Source: Gemmatimonadota bacterium (GTDB taxonomy: Bacteria > Gemmatimonadota > Gemmatimonadetes > Longimicrobiales > Gaopeijiaceae). From it: DNA of 18,672 nt. This document shows positions 16,041-18,672 of the stretch, piece after piece. The stretch lies in NCBI GenBank assembly GCA_039589315.1, contig JBDHHQ010000134.1:1-18672 (forward strand). Direction: 5' to 3'. Both the position numbers and the translations under genes were made by a program. Within the stretch, counting starts at the first letter, position 1; the number at the start of each line of letters is the position of its first letter. The notes beneath the pieces were generated by a model. It did no database searches. It had not been told where the DNA came from and saw only the letters and a list, made by a program, of their open reading frames with translations.

Positions 16041-17822
16041 ATGCATCTTCCCGAGCGTTCGCCAGGGGTCCTCGCACCCGACACGCGCTTTCAGCCGTCG
16101 GCCTTCCAGGCCTACTGCATGCCCACCCGGGGAGCCTCGGCCGCCGTGGGCGATGGGCGGCGCTTTGCCGCCGCCTTCGGCCGTCCGCACACGGAGACGC
16201 TCCGGTCGGAGGGCTGGACCGTATACGCGACGGTAAGTGGACCCGCGACCGTCGGGACCGAGCCGGGCGGGCGTGTCTCCGTCCTGCTGCACGGCGAGCT
16301 CTACGAGCCCTCGCCCCGCACGGCGGCGGGCCTGGCCGCGGAGTTCGTGAAACGAGGGGACGACCTGTTCCGTGAGCTGAACGGATCCTTCACGCTGGTT
16401 CTCCTGGATCACCGGACGGACCGGCTCCTGGTGGTGCCAGACCGGGTGCGCTCCCACCGGGTCTTCCACAGTTGGGACGGGGTGGGCTACCGGCTCACGA
16501 CCCAGCTCGCGGATCATCCCACGGAGGAGCTGGCCTTCGATCCCATCGGCGTGGCCTGGATGCTGTCGTCCGGGTCGTGCTTCGGCCCCCGCACCCTGTT
16601 CGACGGAGTCCAGATCTTCGAGCGGGCGCACGCTCACGAGCTCACCCCCGAGGGTCTCCGATCGGAGGAGTACTGGAGCCACGCGGTCCACGACCCCCTG
16701 GATCCGCCGGATCCGGAGGGCCAGGCGGCCGAGTACGAGGAGATCCTGGTGGAAGCCGTCCGGCGGCGCCTCGAGGGCGCGGGCGACGTCTTTCTCGCGC
16801 TGAGCGCCGGCCACGACTCGAAGTGCATCGCGGCCGTCCTGGCTCGGCGCCTCCATGTCCAGGGTGTCCGGTCGTTCTCCTACACCCGAGGACCGCTTCG
16901 CCCCGGCACCGATGCCTTCATAGCCGACCGGATCGCTAGACGACTGGGCTTTCAGCACCGCACCGTGGAGAGCTACCGGGGTGACTATCTGGAACATCTG
17001 AGGCAGAACGCCGTGCTCGGCCAAGGCATGGTCGAATGCCACGCCGTGGACGCATGGTTGGAGCTCAAGGACACCTTCCTACGGGCACGGGCGCCCGTGT
17101 TGCTCACCGGCGAGGAGTACCTGGGGATGGACGCGTTCGACGTCCCCGACGTGCGCGCGCTCCGTGCCAGTATGCGTTTCCAGGAGCTCCTCTTCCCGGC
17201 TCGGCTCGATCGGCACCTTCCGGAGGATCTGCTGCGCGACATGCGACGCGGGTTGGACGAGGACGCCCGGGCCCTCATCGCTCGCCAGCCTTCTGCGGAC
17301 GGCCTGTGGCAGACCTATGCGTACTGCGCCTTCGACCAGCGGTGCGGCAATGTCGTCCTGCCCTGGCGCGAAACGTTTCCCGCCCGCTGGACCAGGGTAC
17401 GTAATCCGTGGCTGGATCGGGACGTGTTGGACTACGGCGCGACCATGGGCTGGGCGCAACGGCAGGACAAGCGCCTGTTCCGCCGCGCCATGGCGAGTAT
17501 GGATGCGGACCTGGAGGCCATGCCCAGGGAGCGGGAAGAGGGATACCGGGCGGACTACCGAGAGGAGGCCGTGAGCCATGCGGCGGCGCTCCGCGATTGG
17601 ATGTCGACGACCGAGAGCCGCCTGGACGACGTGATTCCCGTGGAGTTCGGCCACGCGCTGGTGAGAGAGGGCACGAAGCCACCGGGGCCGCCCTCCTTCA
17701 CGACGCGCGTGACCCGGGCCATCCGGCGGCGACTGCCCGGCGGGCCGCCTCCCATCGCTCAACCGGCCGCCAAGTATCTCCGGCGGTACGTCGCCCTCAG
17801 GATGGCCTACCCGAGGGCGTGA
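16041..17822 (+). CDS. Asparagine synthetase B-like ATP-dependent amide ligase with degenerate glutaminase domain
   Basis: Ntn-like remnants LHGELY, LNGSFTLVLLD and TLFDGVQIF. PP-loop variant LSAGHDS (canonical LSGGxDS), plus VLLTGE and VRNPWLDRDV. There is no Cys at position 2. Confidence 0.78.
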   Translation: MHLPERSPGVLAPDTRFQPSAFQAYCMPTRGASAAVGDGRRFAAAFGRPHTETLRSEGWTVYATVSGPATVGTEPGGRVSVLLHGELYEPSPRTAAGLAAEFVKRGDDLFRELNGSFTLVLLDHRTDRLLVVPDRVRSHRVFHSWDGVGYRLTTQLADHPTEELAFDPIGVAWMLSSGSCFGPRTLFDGVQIFERAHAHELTPEGLRSEEYWSHAVHDPLDPPDPEGQAAEYEEILVEAVRRRLEGAGDVFLALSAGHDSKCIAAVLARRLHVQGVRSFSYTRGPLRPGTDAFIADRIARRLGFQHRTVESYRGDYLEHLRQNAVLGQGMVECHAVDAWLELKDTFLRARAPVLLTGEEYLGMDAFDVPDVRALRASMRFQELLFPARLDRHLPEDLLRDMRRGLDEDARALIARQPSADGLWQTYAYCAFDQRCGNVVLPWRETFPARWTRVRNPWLDRDVLDYGATMGWAQRQDKRLFRRAMASMDADLEAMPREREEGYRADYREEAVSHAAALRDWMSTTESRLDDVIPVEFGHALVREGTKPPGPPSFTTRVTRAIRRRLPGGPPPIAQPAAKYLRRYVALRMAYPRA

Positions 17823-17849
17823 GGGGGAACGATGGTCTTCAGAGGCGGG

Positions 17850-18671
17850 TCAGGGCGTGGCTGCGGAGAGACGGTCCGTCACGTCGTGGAAGTCGTACGG
17901 GCGCGAGAAGGTGGAGTAGTAGCTGCGGTGGGGCAGGAGCGTGTACTCGGCCCCCAGGTAGTGGTTGAGGATGTGCCGGAACGTGTTGACCGGGCTCATG
18001 TTGGGTGGCAGGCCCTCGCCGCCGCCGTCAGGCAGGTACAAGGCATTGAGGATCAGTAGGCGCTCGGCGATGTCCGTGTTCTCGCCGCTCTCCTGATCCA
18101 GGTTCAGACCCGGACCGTGGTCCCCCTGGATCACGATCACGGGTGGCCTCTCCGACCTCCGCAGGATCTCCTCGACCAGGGCGACGACCCGTCCCGAGAC
18201 GAATCTCACCTGCTCGACGTAGCCGTGCCGGTACTCTTCCCGGGACCCCAGGAAGTGGCTTCCGTCCAGGATGCTGTACGGCACGCCCTCACGACTCGGA
18301 GCGCCCCGGGCGTCGAAGACGAAGGGTGGGTGGGGAGACAGGATATGCGCGTAGACGAACTTCGGTCCCCTCTCACCGGCCAGATGTGGAAGCTCGTCGA
18401 GAGTGTAGAGTATGCTCTTTCGGTGGGCTTCCACGAAGTCGAGCAGAGGAACCTCCGGGAACACCACGGGCAGCAGGGTCATCTTGGCGACCGCCGTCGA
18501 AAAGATCCCCAGGTGATGGGGTGGCCGCAGGTAGTGCTGGGCCGAGCGGATGGAAGTCGGACCGTAGCCGCTCTCGAACGCGAAGAACCGGTAGCCGCTG
18601 CCTGCGAGCGTGGCCACGAGAGCGTTGTGCTGGATCAGCCGCCAGAGCGGACGGTGATCGGATGACTCTGG
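17850..18671 (-). CDS. Sulfatase/alkaline-phosphatase-superfamily domain protein (C-terminal part; 5' end beyond the window)
   Basis: The frame is open to the window edge (…PESSDHRPLWRLIQHNALVATL…). Motifs PKFVYAHILSPHPPFVF, VIVIQGDHG and SPVNTFR are present. Confidence 0.78.
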   Translation of the reverse strand, partial: PESSDHRPLWRLIQHNALVATLAGSGYRFFAFESGYGPTSIRSAQHYLRPPHHLGIFSTAVAKMTLLPVVFPEVPLLDFVEAHRKSILYTLDELPHLAGERGPKFVYAHILSPHPPFVFDARGAPSREGVPYSILDGSHFLGSREEYRHGYVEQVRFVSGRVVALVEEILRRSERPPVIVIQGDHGPGLNLDQESGENTDIAERLLILNALYLPDGGGEGLPPNMSPVNTFRHILNHYLGAEYTLLPHRSYYSTFSRPYDFHDVTDRLSAATP

Positions 18672-18672
18672 C

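Noticed and set aside
15934..17822. AsnB-like gene as a lasso peptide cyclase cluster
   Set aside because: No PqqD-like RRE, transglutaminase-like leader peptidase or plausible precursor ORF is present. The upstream gap is only about 107 bp and the downstream gene is convergent.

Overview
High-GC, gene-dense bacterial window. The protein repertoire is suggestive of Gemmatimonadota, which is inference only. It holds 14 supportable CDSs in four blocks. (1) A 5'-truncated membrane-anchored HEXXH peptidase, an NtrC-family sigma-54 response regulator with no kinase in view, and a small DUF3098-like membrane protein. (2) A secreted SxxK serine hydrolase followed by an M81/MlrC-like metallopeptidase. 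(3) An ArnT/PMT-like GT-C with a 27-bp tandem repeat in its tail, plus a GT2 polyprenol-phosphate glycosyltransferase. An AsnB-like amide ligase and a truncated sulfatase-like protein lie at the right end. (4) Between those glycan-related genes sits a heavy-metal module: a 2-TM LuxR-type one-component regulator, divergent from a DUF2231 membrane protein and a czcB-czcA-czcC-like RND efflux operon. The most notable observation is that the czcB-like ORF is open end to end but hides two compensating frameshifts (an apparent deletion and a 7-bp duplication) that put its alpha-hairpin out of frame. A roughly 23-bp motif is also shared by the two intergenic regions of the metal module and is a candidate regulator site. 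No rRNA, tRNA, CRISPR array or transposase was seen.
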